Assembly (NCBI GenBank): GCA_038064935.1
Contig: JBBTRZ010000017.1
Coordinates: forward strand, 1 to 52,918
Direction: 5' to 3'
Source: Patescibacteria group bacterium
GTDB taxonomy: Bacteria; Patescibacteriota; Minisyncoccia; Phycocordibacterales; JACOZG01
DNA: 52,918 nt
Part shown: in pieces, positions 1 through 8,400 of the stretch
Layout of the letters: each line of letters begins with the position of its first letter
How positions within the stretch are numbered: position 1 is the first letter of the stretch
Notes under the pieces: generated by a model
Databases searched by the model: none
What the model was told of the DNA's origin: nothing
Seen by the model: the letters and a program-made list of their open reading frames with translations, nothing else
Position numbers and translations under genes: made by a program

Positions 1-83
1 AATCGTTAAAATTAAAATGATGAGAAGTAAGCGATGTTTGAGCATGAAAATGATTTGATGCTATAGTAATGGCACTATTATAT

Positions 84-1055
84 ATGCTAATCGACGATTT
101 GACAATTCGAGTGGTGTCGGGGAAAGGGGGTAATGGGATCGTGGCCTGGAGTGGTAATAAAATGTCGCTCGGGCCGACAGGCGGCAGTGGTGGCGACGGC
201 GGGAGCGTCTACTTCGAGGGTGTTTCCGATCTCGGAGCCCTTAATCGTCTACGCCATCGCAAAGTCTTCGAAGCCGAAGACGGGCAAAATGGCAAACGGC
301 AATTAAATGACGGCAATCGCGGGGAGGATCTGATTATTCGTGTCCCCGTCGGCACCGTCATTCATAATCTGACGACCGGATCCAATCGAGAGATCGTAAA
401 AATTGGCGAGCGGCTCTTAGCGGCGCAAGGTGGCCACGGTGGCAAAGGCAACTTCCACTTCCGCGGACCAAAGAACACTAGCCCAACGCAATTCCAACTT
501 GGGGCTCCAGCTCAAGAATTCGAGATTCGGCTGGAGTTAAAAATGATTGCCGATGTCGGGATTATTGGTCTACCAAATGCTGGAAAATCGAGTTTACTCA
601 ACAGCTTGACCAATGCCAAGAGCAAAGTCGCCAACTACCACTTCACCACGCTCGAACCGCATCTCGGTGTCTACTATGAATTGATCCTCGCTGACCTCCC
701 CGGCCTAATCGAAGGTGCCTCAACCGGCAAGGGTTTAGGTATCAAATTTCTGCGTCATGTGGAACGCACGCGCATTTTATTTCACCTCATTTCCGCTGAA
801 TCCGAGACGCCAATTGAAGATTATAAAATTATCCGGCAAGAACTCGGCTTATACAACCAAGATTTATTGGCTAAAACCGAATTCCTATTCTTAACCAAAA
901 GTGATTTGCTCGACCAACCAACGCTCACAAAAAAATTAGCTGAACTTAAAAAACTCAATCCAAAAATCATTCCCCTCTCGATTAACGATCCCGCCACTTT
1001 GGTTGAAGTCAAAAAGATTCTTAATGCTATTGGTAAAGAAAAGGGCGGGGTATAA
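84..1055 (+). CDS. obg: GTPase Obg/CgtA (short form, no C-terminal OCT domain)
   Basis: The ORF spans 69..1055. It has the Gly-rich Obg fold (GKGGNG, GGSGGDGGS, GGHGGKGN) followed by GTPase motifs G1 GLPNAGKSS, G3 DLPGLIEGA and G4 TKSD. The Met at 84 (MLIDDLTIRV) aligns with the canonical Obg N-terminus MF(V/I)D. A TATAGT -10-like box at 62-67 would leave the ATG at 69 outside the transcript, though 69 remains an alternative start. Confidence 0.9.
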   Translation: MLIDDLTIRVVSGKGGNGIVAWSGNKMSLGPTGGSGGDGGSVYFEGVSDLGALNRLRHRKVFEAEDGQNGKRQLNDGNRGEDLIIRVPVGTVIHNLTTGSNREIVKIGERLLAAQGGHGGKGNFHFRGPKNTSPTQFQLGAPAQEFEIRLELKMIADVGIIGLPNAGKSSLLNSLTNAKSKVANYHFTTLEPHLGVYYELILADLPGLIEGASTGKGLGIKFLRHVERTRILFHLISAESETPIEDYKIIRQELGLYNQDLLAKTEFLFLTKSDLLDQPTLTKKLAELKKLNPKIIPLSINDPATLVEVKKILNAIGKEKGGV

Positions 1056-1072
1056 ATAAAGGGAATGATATA

Positions 1073-1101
1073 TTGCTTCGGTGTTACGATTTTGATACAC
1101 T
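1073..1101 (+). promoter_or_regulatory. Candidate sigma70-type promoter of the antitoxin-toxin-valS unit, probably giving a leaderless mRNA
   Basis: TTGCTT at 1073-1078, a 17-nt spacer, and TACACT at 1096-1101. The antitoxin ATG at 1109 lies 7 nt after the -10 box and has no Shine-Dalgarno sequence. Confidence 0.4.
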
Positions 1102-1108
1102 AGCCCGT

Positions 1109-1342
1109 ATGACAACAATAACAAAAACTAGAATTAATATCAGTGCTCCCAAACCAGTACTGGCCGCTCTTAGAAGCTTGGCACTTCGAGATGATATGCC
1201 AGTGGCGGCTAAAACACTTGAGTTAGTTAAATATGCCCTAGAGATGGAGGAAGATTTCATGCTCGGCGAGATAGCCATGAGTCGTGAATCAAAAACGGCA
1301 AGATGGATAAGTCACAAGGACGCATGGCGACCTATGAAATAG
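1109..1342 (+). CDS. Ribbon-helix-helix type II antitoxin (RelB/ParD-like)
   Basis: 77 aa from ATG 1109 within ORF 1073..1342. The beta-strand/helix/helix pattern is RINISAPKPVLAALRSLA...VAAKTLELVKYAL. It overlaps the start of the downstream RelE/ParE frame by 19 nt and ends in TAG at 1340-1342. Confidence 0.7.
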   Translation: MTTITKTRINISAPKPVLAALRSLALRDDMPVAAKTLELVKYALEMEEDFMLGEIAMSRESKTARWISHKDAWRPMK

Positions 1343-1608
1343 TTTACAGTGATATCGTAGTTCGTGAAGATATCTCCCGTCTTAGTACGACTGAGAAGCG
1401 TCGAGTCGAGAGTATCGTTAGAGAGAAACTTGCCATCGCGCCCGATCAATTCGGTAAACCACTTCGACGACCACATAACGGATACTGGGTGCTTCGAGTG
1501 GGCAATTAGCGGATAGTTTATACGATTTCCCAAAATATTGTTCGGGTTGTTGCAATATTACCCCGTGACCGCGTGTACAAAGAACTCACAAAGAGACTTA
1601 AACTATGA
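1324..1608 (+). pseudogene. RelE/ParE-family toxin interrupted by an in-frame TAG at 1507-1509
   Basis: The frame from ATG 1324 reads MATYEIVYS...GYWVLRVGN, then TAG, then RIVYTISQNIVRVVAILPRDRVYKELTKRLKL, then TGA at 1606-1608. The stop replaces the Tyr of the conserved G(D/N)YR(I/V)(I/V)Y motif. The reading frame is otherwise continuous. Confidence 0.75.
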
Positions 1609-3770
1609 ACAAATTTTTGTCAGCGTATCATCCGCAAGATGAGGAGGGGGCGATTTATCAGAAATGGGAGGCCAGTGGCTTTTTTAATCCCGACAAATTA
1701 CCCGCCTCGTCGGCGGACGGGCCGCCGCGACATCGCAAACCCTTCACCATTATCATGCCACCGCCGAATGCCAATGGGTCGCTGCACGCCGGACACGCAC
1801 TCTTTATCACTCTTCAAGATATTATGATTCGTTTCGAACGGATGCGAGGCAAACGCGTTTTGTGGGTGCCCGGGGCTGATCACGCCGGGTTCGAGACCCA
1901 AGTGGTTTATGAGAAAAAGCTCGAGAAAGAAGGACGCTCGCGTTTTGGAATGGATCCCAAGGTTCTCTACAATGAAATTTATAATTTTACGATCGAGAAT
2001 AAGAAAAACATGGAGGGGCAAGTGCGCGCCCTCGGCGCGTCATGTGATTGGTCACGAGCGAGATTCACGCTTGACCCAGATATTGTGGCGGGGGTACAAA
2101 AAACTTTTATTAAAATGTTTGAGGACGGCCTCATCTACCGCGGTGAACGCCTCGTCAACTGGTGTCCCAAACATCAAACTTCCCTTTCGGATGTCGAAAC
2201 CGAGAGCGTCGAGGAAACAACGCCTTTCTATTATTTCCAGTACGGCCCTTTCGAGATCGGGACGGTTCGTCCCGAAACTAAGTTTGGCGATAAATATTTG
2301 GTCATGCATCCCGACGACGCGCGGTATCAAAAATATACTCACGGCGAGCAGCTTGAAGTGGAGTGGATTAATGGCCCCGTCACCACGACGATTATTAAAG
2401 ATCGGGCGATTGATCCAGCGTTCGGCACCGGCGTCATGACGATCACCCCGAGACATTCGGCGGTTGACTTTGAAATTGCGGCGCGCCACCACTTGGCCGG
2501 TGAGCAGATTATTGACTTACGGGGTAAACTTCTGCCTATCACTGGTGAATTCGCCGGACTCAAGATCACCGAGGCGAGACCGAAAATTGTGGAGAAACTC
2601 AAAGCCAAAGGACTCTTGGCGCGGGTGGATGAAAATTATACTAATGTCGTCAAACGATGTTACAAGTGTCAGACCGCGATCGAGCCGCAAGTGAAGGATC
2701 AATGGTTCGTGAGAATGGCCCCCCTTACCAAGTTGGCGCTTGAAGCAGTTGACGCCAAACAAGTCAGTTTCATCCCCGACAACTATGAAAAAGTTTTCTG
2801 TTATTTTCTGGAAAACACACACGATTGGAATATTTCTCGGCAAATAGTCTGGGGCATTCCCATCCCGGCTTGGGTCTGCAATGAATGTCACGAGGGAGTC
2901 GCGAGTAGCGAGAGTAAAATTCCACAATGTAAAAACTGCGGGCAAGAGATGCGTCGCGACCCGGACACCTTCGACACCTGGTTCTCGTCCGGGCAGTGGC
3001 CACTCTTGGTGCTTAATTATCCCGATGGGCCGGACTATCGGGCCTTTTACCCGACGAGTGTCATGGAAACAGGGCACGATCTCATTTTCCGCTGGGTGCC
3101 GCGGATGATTATTTTTGGCCTTTATCTAACGAAGCAAGTCCCCTTCCCCATCGTCTATCTTCACGGTCTAGTTAATGATGCCAAGGGGAAAAAAATGAGT
3201 AAGTCGAAGGGGAACGTCACCAACCCGCTTGACCTCACCGCGAAGTATGGCACCGACGCGCTCCGAATGGGACTTGTCGTCGGCAATCCACCCGGGGCCG
3301 ACCTCGCCTTGCGCGAAGATAAAATCAAGGGCTATAAATATTTCGCCAATAAAATTTGGAATGTCTCGCGGTTCGTTTTGGAAAATATTAAAAACGCCGA
3401 TCTGTCGAACGCGCCGAATCTACTTCCCGAACACCAAAAATATCTCGACCAGTTAAACGAAATCGTGAACGGAGTGACAAAGCAATCGGAAAACTGGCGT
3501 CTGGATCTTGCCGCTGATCAGATTTATCACTACTTCTGGCACTCGTTTGCCGATGTGATTATCGAGGAAACAAAAACAATTTTTAGACAAGCCGAGATTA
3601 ATCCGGAAGCCAAGAAATCAGCCGTGTGGTTACTCTACACTATTCTCGCGACTTCCCTCAAACTGCTTCACCCCTTCATGCCCTTCGTCACCGAAGCTGT
3701 CTGGGTCGAGCTTCCCGCTGGCGTCCATAAGCGGCAAGATCTGCTCTTGGTCGAGCCCTGGCCGCTTTAG
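1605..3770 (+). CDS. valS: Valine--tRNA ligase
   Basis: 721 aa with PPPNANGSLHAGHAL (HIGH-type motif), KMSKS, and the CP1 editing signature TVRPETKFGD. It lacks the C-terminal coiled coil of long ValRS. Its ATG overlaps the TGA of the toxin frame (ATGA). Confidence 0.95.
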   Translation: MNKFLSAYHPQDEEGAIYQKWEASGFFNPDKLPASSADGPPRHRKPFTIIMPPPNANGSLHAGHALFITLQDIMIRFERMRGKRVLWVPGADHAGFETQVVYEKKLEKEGRSRFGMDPKVLYNEIYNFTIENKKNMEGQVRALGASCDWSRARFTLDPDIVAGVQKTFIKMFEDGLIYRGERLVNWCPKHQTSLSDVETESVEETTPFYYFQYGPFEIGTVRPETKFGDKYLVMHPDDARYQKYTHGEQLEVEWINGPVTTTIIKDRAIDPAFGTGVMTITPRHSAVDFEIAARHHLAGEQIIDLRGKLLPITGEFAGLKITEARPKIVEKLKAKGLLARVDENYTNVVKRCYKCQTAIEPQVKDQWFVRMAPLTKLALEAVDAKQVSFIPDNYEKVFCYFLENTHDWNISRQIVWGIPIPAWVCNECHEGVASSESKIPQCKNCGQEMRRDPDTFDTWFSSGQWPLLVLNYPDGPDYRAFYPTSVMETGHDLIFRWVPRMIIFGLYLTKQVPFPIVYLHGLVNDAKGKKMSKSKGNVTNPLDLTAKYGTDALRMGLVVGNPPGADLALREDKIKGYKYFANKIWNVSRFVLENIKNADLSNAPNLLPEHQKYLDQLNEIVNGVTKQSENWRLDLAADQIYHYFWHSFADVIIEETKTIFRQAEINPEAKKSAVWLLYTILATSLKLLHPFMPFVTEAVWVELPAGVHKRQDLLLVEPWPL

Positions 3771-5948
3771 CGGTTCGGATATGGGTATCGGCGTTGATGC
3801 GCTAATTACTTCAAAAGGTAAAAAATTGCTCATGATGCCATTACTAGAAAAAATCGACACCTGATAAACTCCAGGTGGGGTCGGCAGAAGACAACCGCAT
3901 TCAGTACCTAAAATAATATCTGGAACACTGATGCTAATCACCTCATCGCTAGATGAAGCAACCCCAATACTGGTCAAGCCAATTTCATTATAAAAATTAA
4001 CGGTGCTGGCAAGAGCTAAACCTGAACCAAACAAGACGATCGGTTCACCCGGCGCCGCGGCGGGCGGGACGACCGATTCAAGGTGGGGCGGCGGGACGAC
4101 AGTGATTGATAAGGTTTCGACGGTCTTGAGATCGCTGTCGTTATTGATGGCGGTAATGGTAATCGGGTAAGTCATGAGCGTCGCCGCGGCCGGAATGGAA
4201 AAATTGAAACCGTTAAAAACCGATTCCTGGGGCGCAATTTCCTGATCGCCGATGGGTAAATTATTCTGCCAATCGTCGGGAAGCGCGACCGTCACAGTGA
4301 AATTGGCCGGCGAACAGCCGACGGAATCTTGGTTAATCAAATTGAAATAGACAAAGCCATTAGACCCCGGTGACAAAATAGGAAAGAAATTAAGGTTGGC
4401 AATCTGCGGCCGAGCGCGATCACAAGCACCTTCGGACAACTTAATATCAAAAGTAATCGTCGAAGTTGAGATCGCCGTCGGAGCGATTGAGACCCCTCGC
4501 GGAATATCGGAGAAAACGCTACCGATATTAACCGATGCCAGCTTACTGTCTGGATGCCAATCAGCGTTCGTCGGGAGCAGGTCAAGGAGACGAGTAGGAT
4601 TTTGCCCGACACCGCTTATTAAATTAATCAACAAACCTTGTTGATTAGAATTGACGCTCTGATCATTAAGAAAAGAATCGAACCCGAGTCCGCGCCGGTA
4701 CTCTAAATAAAAAGGGGTATTGTTTGAATTAAGCGGCTTAATCTTGGCAATTTTAGGGCCGCCAGTTTCTTCAAGCGCATTTAATTTATACCGCCCGGGA
4801 CGATTAATTAAAAGAATTTCTTCTGGCTTAAGCCAGCCTAATCGTTCTTTATAAAAAGCGTTGAAATGATTCGCGATAATTCCCCAGCCCATTACATCGA
4901 AATGATTGCCGTATTCCACCTGTTGGCAATTACCGGAAAGCGCGTAGAGCGATTGAGTTCCGCAATCCCAACCATTGGCGTGATATAAACCAAGTCCATG
5001 ACCAAACTCATGGGCGACAATGTAATCAAACCAAGTCCAAGAAAAATTCTGATTGGCCGGATCGCGCGGGTTATTCCAAATTGGAGACGCGCCAATATAA
5101 GCCAACGAAATATAAACATCGTGCCCACCAATGTTAAAAGTTCGTTTGCCAATAGTTGATTGGCCGCCCATAAAACAGGGTTGATTCAGCAAGACTACAT
5201 AACGGTCATATAATTCAGGTCGGAAATTATCTAAAATAAATTGATCGAGTTCGCCGCCGTTGCCAAGCGTCGGTAAAGGACAAGAATTGGCGTCACCACC
5301 AGCGCGCGGCAAGGTGAACCAACCGTAGGTCTTACCCGCGAGAGACACTCGACCGTATGATTGTTCACGATAGAAATTATTAATCTGGCTTTTGAAAATC
5401 CTTCTCTCTGCCTCTTCTTTGTCAAAGGGCGGAGCCGGCGAATCAGTAAAATCAACCATAATTACCGCCACCTTCTGCTCACCCAGAGTCGGTGGAGTCG
5501 GCGGCGGTTCAATTACTTGGATATTTCTGCTGGTCACCTCGGCCACCGCCAAATCACCTGAAACATAAGCTTGCTTAAGGTGAATTCGTGAACCAGATTC
5601 AAATGCCAAATTCCCCACGGGGTAAAAATCGTATTGCTTACCATCAACGCGCAGTTTGTAAGACAAACGAGCCTTAGCGGGGTTATCCCAGTCATCGTGT
5701 TGGGTCACTTCTAGCACCCCGATCAATTCCTCTTTCTCACCGGACAGAGCCCGAGACAGAAATAATTTAGGATTAGAAATAAGGAGTTCTCGAGAGGTGG
5801 CCAATGGAACACGCGAGGTCAAGTTAGATTGTTCCACTGGCCCGATGTCGGAAAAAGCTTGAGAAAATCCCAGTAAAATAATTAGCGCCAGCAACGAGAC
5901 AAAAAGTATCGGCTGTAATCTTCTATTAGTTTTCTGGTCTGTTTCCAT
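3630..5948 (-). CDS. Secreted or membrane-anchored zinc metalloprotease (HExxHxxGxxH) with C-terminal Ig-like modules
   Basis: 772 aa with an N-terminal hydrophobic anchor (ILFVSLLALIILLGF) and the motif HEFGHGLGLYH. The C-terminal half is beta-rich and ends in an IPT/TIG-like module (PGEPIVLFGSGL...GVYQVSIFSSNG). The last 141 nt overlap the 3' end of valS on the other strand. Confidence 0.75.
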   Translation of the reverse strand: METDQKTNRRLQPILFVSLLALIILLGFSQAFSDIGPVEQSNLTSRVPLATSRELLISNPKLFLSRALSGEKEELIGVLEVTQHDDWDNPAKARLSYKLRVDGKQYDFYPVGNLAFESGSRIHLKQAYVSGDLAVAEVTSRNIQVIEPPPTPPTLGEQKVAVIMVDFTDSPAPPFDKEEAERRIFKSQINNFYREQSYGRVSLAGKTYGWFTLPRAGGDANSCPLPTLGNGGELDQFILDNFRPELYDRYVVLLNQPCFMGGQSTIGKRTFNIGGHDVYISLAYIGASPIWNNPRDPANQNFSWTWFDYIVAHEFGHGLGLYHANGWDCGTQSLYALSGNCQQVEYGNHFDVMGWGIIANHFNAFYKERLGWLKPEEILLINRPGRYKLNALEETGGPKIAKIKPLNSNNTPFYLEYRRGLGFDSFLNDQSVNSNQQGLLINLISGVGQNPTRLLDLLPTNADWHPDSKLASVNIGSVFSDIPRGVSIAPTAISTSTITFDIKLSEGACDRARPQIANLNFFPILSPGSNGFVYFNLINQDSVGCSPANFTVTVALPDDWQNNLPIGDQEIAPQESVFNGFNFSIPAAATLMTYPITITAINNDSDLKTVETLSITVVPPPHLESVVPPAAAPGEPIVLFGSGLALASTVNFYNEIGLTSIGVASSSDEVISISVPDIILGTECGCLLPTPPGVYQVSIFSSNGIMSNFLPFEVISASTPIPISEPLKRPGLDQEQILPLMDASGKLDPDSFGDEGHEGVKQFEGSRENSVE

Positions 5949-6000
5949 GGTTAAAAATTAATTGGTTTCGTTAATAATGTCTACTGACTTTAATTCTACC

Positions 6001-7131
6001 TCAACCGGAATTTAATAAAAAATCCAAATAATTGTTTTTATGGATAAGAATAAGGGAGGTATTGGGATAATTTTTTAACCATAAAGGCGGCGGCGAGACG
6101 ATACTTCCTGACCATTTACATTCAATGGCCGAAAGAACCCCATTTGATTCTTTAATAATATCTATCTCCTGCCCAGTATGAGTGCGCCAAAAATAATAAG
6201 TGTCCAGCTGATTTTCAATGGCACTTTTCTTGATTAGTTCCATAAAAATAAAGTTTTCCCAAAGGGCCCCAAGATCATTGCGAAGATGAAGCGGGTTAAA
6301 TTGAGAAATGACGGCATTACGCACACCGTTGTCAAGAAAATAGTATTTAGCTTTTTTAGAAATTTCATTGCGCAAATTTCGACTAAATCCTCTGACTTTT
6401 TTAATAATAAACATTTTTTCAAGCAGGTCTACATACCGACCAACAGTTTTGACATCTGTCTTGACAGTTACGGAGATTTCATTTAGAGATACTTCATTCC
6501 CTGTTTGAAATGCTAGACATTTCAGGATATCCTTCAAGAGATCGGGGTAACGGATCGTCTCTAGTATTAGCACATCCTTAAACAGATAGGAGGATACTAC
6601 TTCGTTCAAGAGCTTGATTTTTCTTTGAGTATCAGGCTCACTCAAAATTTCCGGATATGAACCATAGAGAAGAAAATCTTCAAGATTGTTTTTTAGTTCA
6701 AACTCACCTCCTTCCATTTCCCCTTGAGACAGTGGCAAAAGGGTTAAGGTGAAATGGCGACCAGTCAATGGTTCGCCGATTTTATTAGAAAGATCAAGTG
6801 ATGATGAGCCGGTTAAAATGATATTTTTCTCTGGAAAAGCATCGATCATCATCTTCGCACCAATCCCAATGTTTGGAATATATTGAGCTTCGTCAAGAGC
6901 CACAATATCGTAGGGACGAGCAAAATCAAGAATTTCTTTCCGGAATTGAGGCTTAAAAATTTCATGCAATCGGGCATCATCCCCTGTCCCATAATACACT
7001 TCCTTTCCCGATATTCCTTTCAAATAGGCCTCAAGCATAGTGGTTTTGCCGATTCGTCTTGGGCCATAAACAAGTAAAACCCGCCTGGGTTCTAATTGGC
7101 TATTGATGTCCTGCTTCCTCTTAAATTTCAT
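6001..7131 (-). CDS. AAA-type ATPase of the AAA_14/DUF4143 (COG1373) family
   Basis: 376 aa with Walker A GPRRIGKT, Walker B ALDEAQ, and a C-terminal YYFLDNGVRNAVI region typical of DUF4143. The gene is AT-rich. Confidence 0.8.
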   Translation of the reverse strand: MKFKRKQDINSQLEPRRVLLVYGPRRIGKTTMLEAYLKGISGKEVYYGTGDDARLHEIFKPQFRKEILDFARPYDIVALDEAQYIPNIGIGAKMMIDAFPEKNIILTGSSSLDLSNKIGEPLTGRHFTLTLLPLSQGEMEGGEFELKNNLEDFLLYGSYPEILSEPDTQRKIKLLNEVVSSYLFKDVLILETIRYPDLLKDILKCLAFQTGNEVSLNEISVTVKTDVKTVGRYVDLLEKMFIIKKVRGFSRNLRNEISKKAKYYFLDNGVRNAVISQFNPLHLRNDLGALWENFIFMELIKKSAIENQLDTYYFWRTHTGQEIDIIKESNGVLSAIECKWSGSIVSPPPLWLKNYPNTSLILIHKNNYLDFLLNSG

Positions 7132-7232
7132 TAAATTTATGGTATACTAAACCATATATTAAGTCAAATTTGTGGTACTAATATGTTTTAAGCGACAAAA
7201 CCTATCGCTCATTGAACCCTGGCCGCTTTAAT

Positions 7233-8381
7233 TTATTTTTTCTCGCCTAAACTATAAGCCGTCCAGTGTTCGACTTCAAATATTGCCGGTTCAGAACCTA
7301 ATGGGGATATGAAGGCGCAAATATCCGCCGGGCATTCTTGCCCATCTTTCAAAATAATCGGTGAGTTAAATCTGCCCGCCAATCCATTTAATGTAATTTG
7401 GGCCTTTTTATTGAGGCCGGGGTTAGACACAGAATCCACTACGGCCAAATTATCGCTAACACTTATGGCCCGGCTCAAGCTCTTACCGGAGCCGCTAAGA
7501 GCTTCCAGGAATTTTATTTCTCCGGTAGAATTTCTCACCACCAATTTACCGCCCGGCCCATCAATCCGATACTTACCGATCAAGGGCATATTATTCAGAT
7601 AAACAATATGTTCAGGATCACCATGAAATCTAATATCATAAACCTCTGGATTATTATTTGTTATCACCACGCCATTTAGCGTATTCCCCATATCGCTTCC
7701 GTCAGAAGTCGCAATATCTAGCCCGTATTCTTGGGAATTTTTTACAAAACCGCCAGAAACAACATTACCGATACCACTTAAAATAATGCCGCTCCGACCA
7801 GAAGATATTTTATTATTTATCAGCTGATTATTTTGGGAAGTCCCGCCCAAAAAGAGACTATTGGGACTGGCCACCACGGTATTATTCTGAAAAATACTGT
7901 TAAAAGCTAAAGTCTCAATCCCCGAGGTCCCAGCCGAAAGGATGATGTTGTCTTTGATAATTCCATTGGTCACCCCCACTAAATCAATTCCCCATTCGGC
8001 TCCAACAATCGTTAAATTTTTGACAGTTATACTGCTTAAAAATTGAAGAAAGACACCGGTGTCATCCTCTCCATTTTCAAAAATTATACTATGACCATTT
8101 CCATCAAGAGTGACGCGGTCTGAGGCAATGGTAAAACAAACCCCATCATCAGTCGGGTGTAAATCCATTGTTAGGAGATACACGGCGTTTGGCACATCCA
8201 AAATGGCGCAACTATTTAACAGGATGGGTCTCGGGGCCGGTCTTTGGACGATTTGGGTATTAGAATAATTATTGTAGTTTGAGACGAAATCCGCCGAAGA
8301 AATAGCCACCACGGTCGTCGCCGCCATCCCCATAATCATAACAACCAACATATAAACAAAACTTCGATGGATATTATTCAT
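7233..8381 (-). CDS. Secreted right-handed parallel beta-helix repeat protein (NosD/pectate-lyase-like fold)
   Basis: 382 aa with an N-terminal signal anchor (MLVVMIMGMAATTVVAISS). It carries repeated about 22-aa beta-helix turns (ITVKNLTIVGAEWGIDLVGVTNGIIKDNIILSAGTSGIETLAFNSIFQNNTVV...). Confidence 0.7.
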   Translation of the reverse strand: MNNIHRSFVYMLVVMIMGMAATTVVAISSADFVSNYNNYSNTQIVQRPAPRPILLNSCAILDVPNAVYLLTMDLHPTDDGVCFTIASDRVTLDGNGHSIIFENGEDDTGVFLQFLSSITVKNLTIVGAEWGIDLVGVTNGIIKDNIILSAGTSGIETLAFNSIFQNNTVVASPNSLFLGGTSQNNQLINNKISSGRSGIILSGIGNVVSGGFVKNSQEYGLDIATSDGSDMGNTLNGVVITNNNPEVYDIRFHGDPEHIVYLNNMPLIGKYRIDGPGGKLVVRNSTGEIKFLEALSGSGKSLSRAISVSDNLAVVDSVSNPGLNKKAQITLNGLAGRFNSPIILKDGQECPADICAFISPLGSEPAIFEVEHWTAYSLGEKK

Positions 8382-8400
8382 GATAAAAACTTTTAATTTT

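Noticed and set aside
1507-1509. Possibility that TAG is reassigned or that the organism uses an alternative genetic code
   Set aside because: TAG terminates the antitoxin and valS at sensible positions. TGA and TAA terminate other well-conserved genes at expected lengths, so there is no sign of UGA or UAG recoding.
1639-3456. Multiple 60-190-aa ORFs on both strands inside valS (for example 1909..2439, 2052..2492, 2517..3077)
   Set aside because: All overlap the valS frame, which carries unmistakable class I synthetase motifs. Their translations have no family resemblance.
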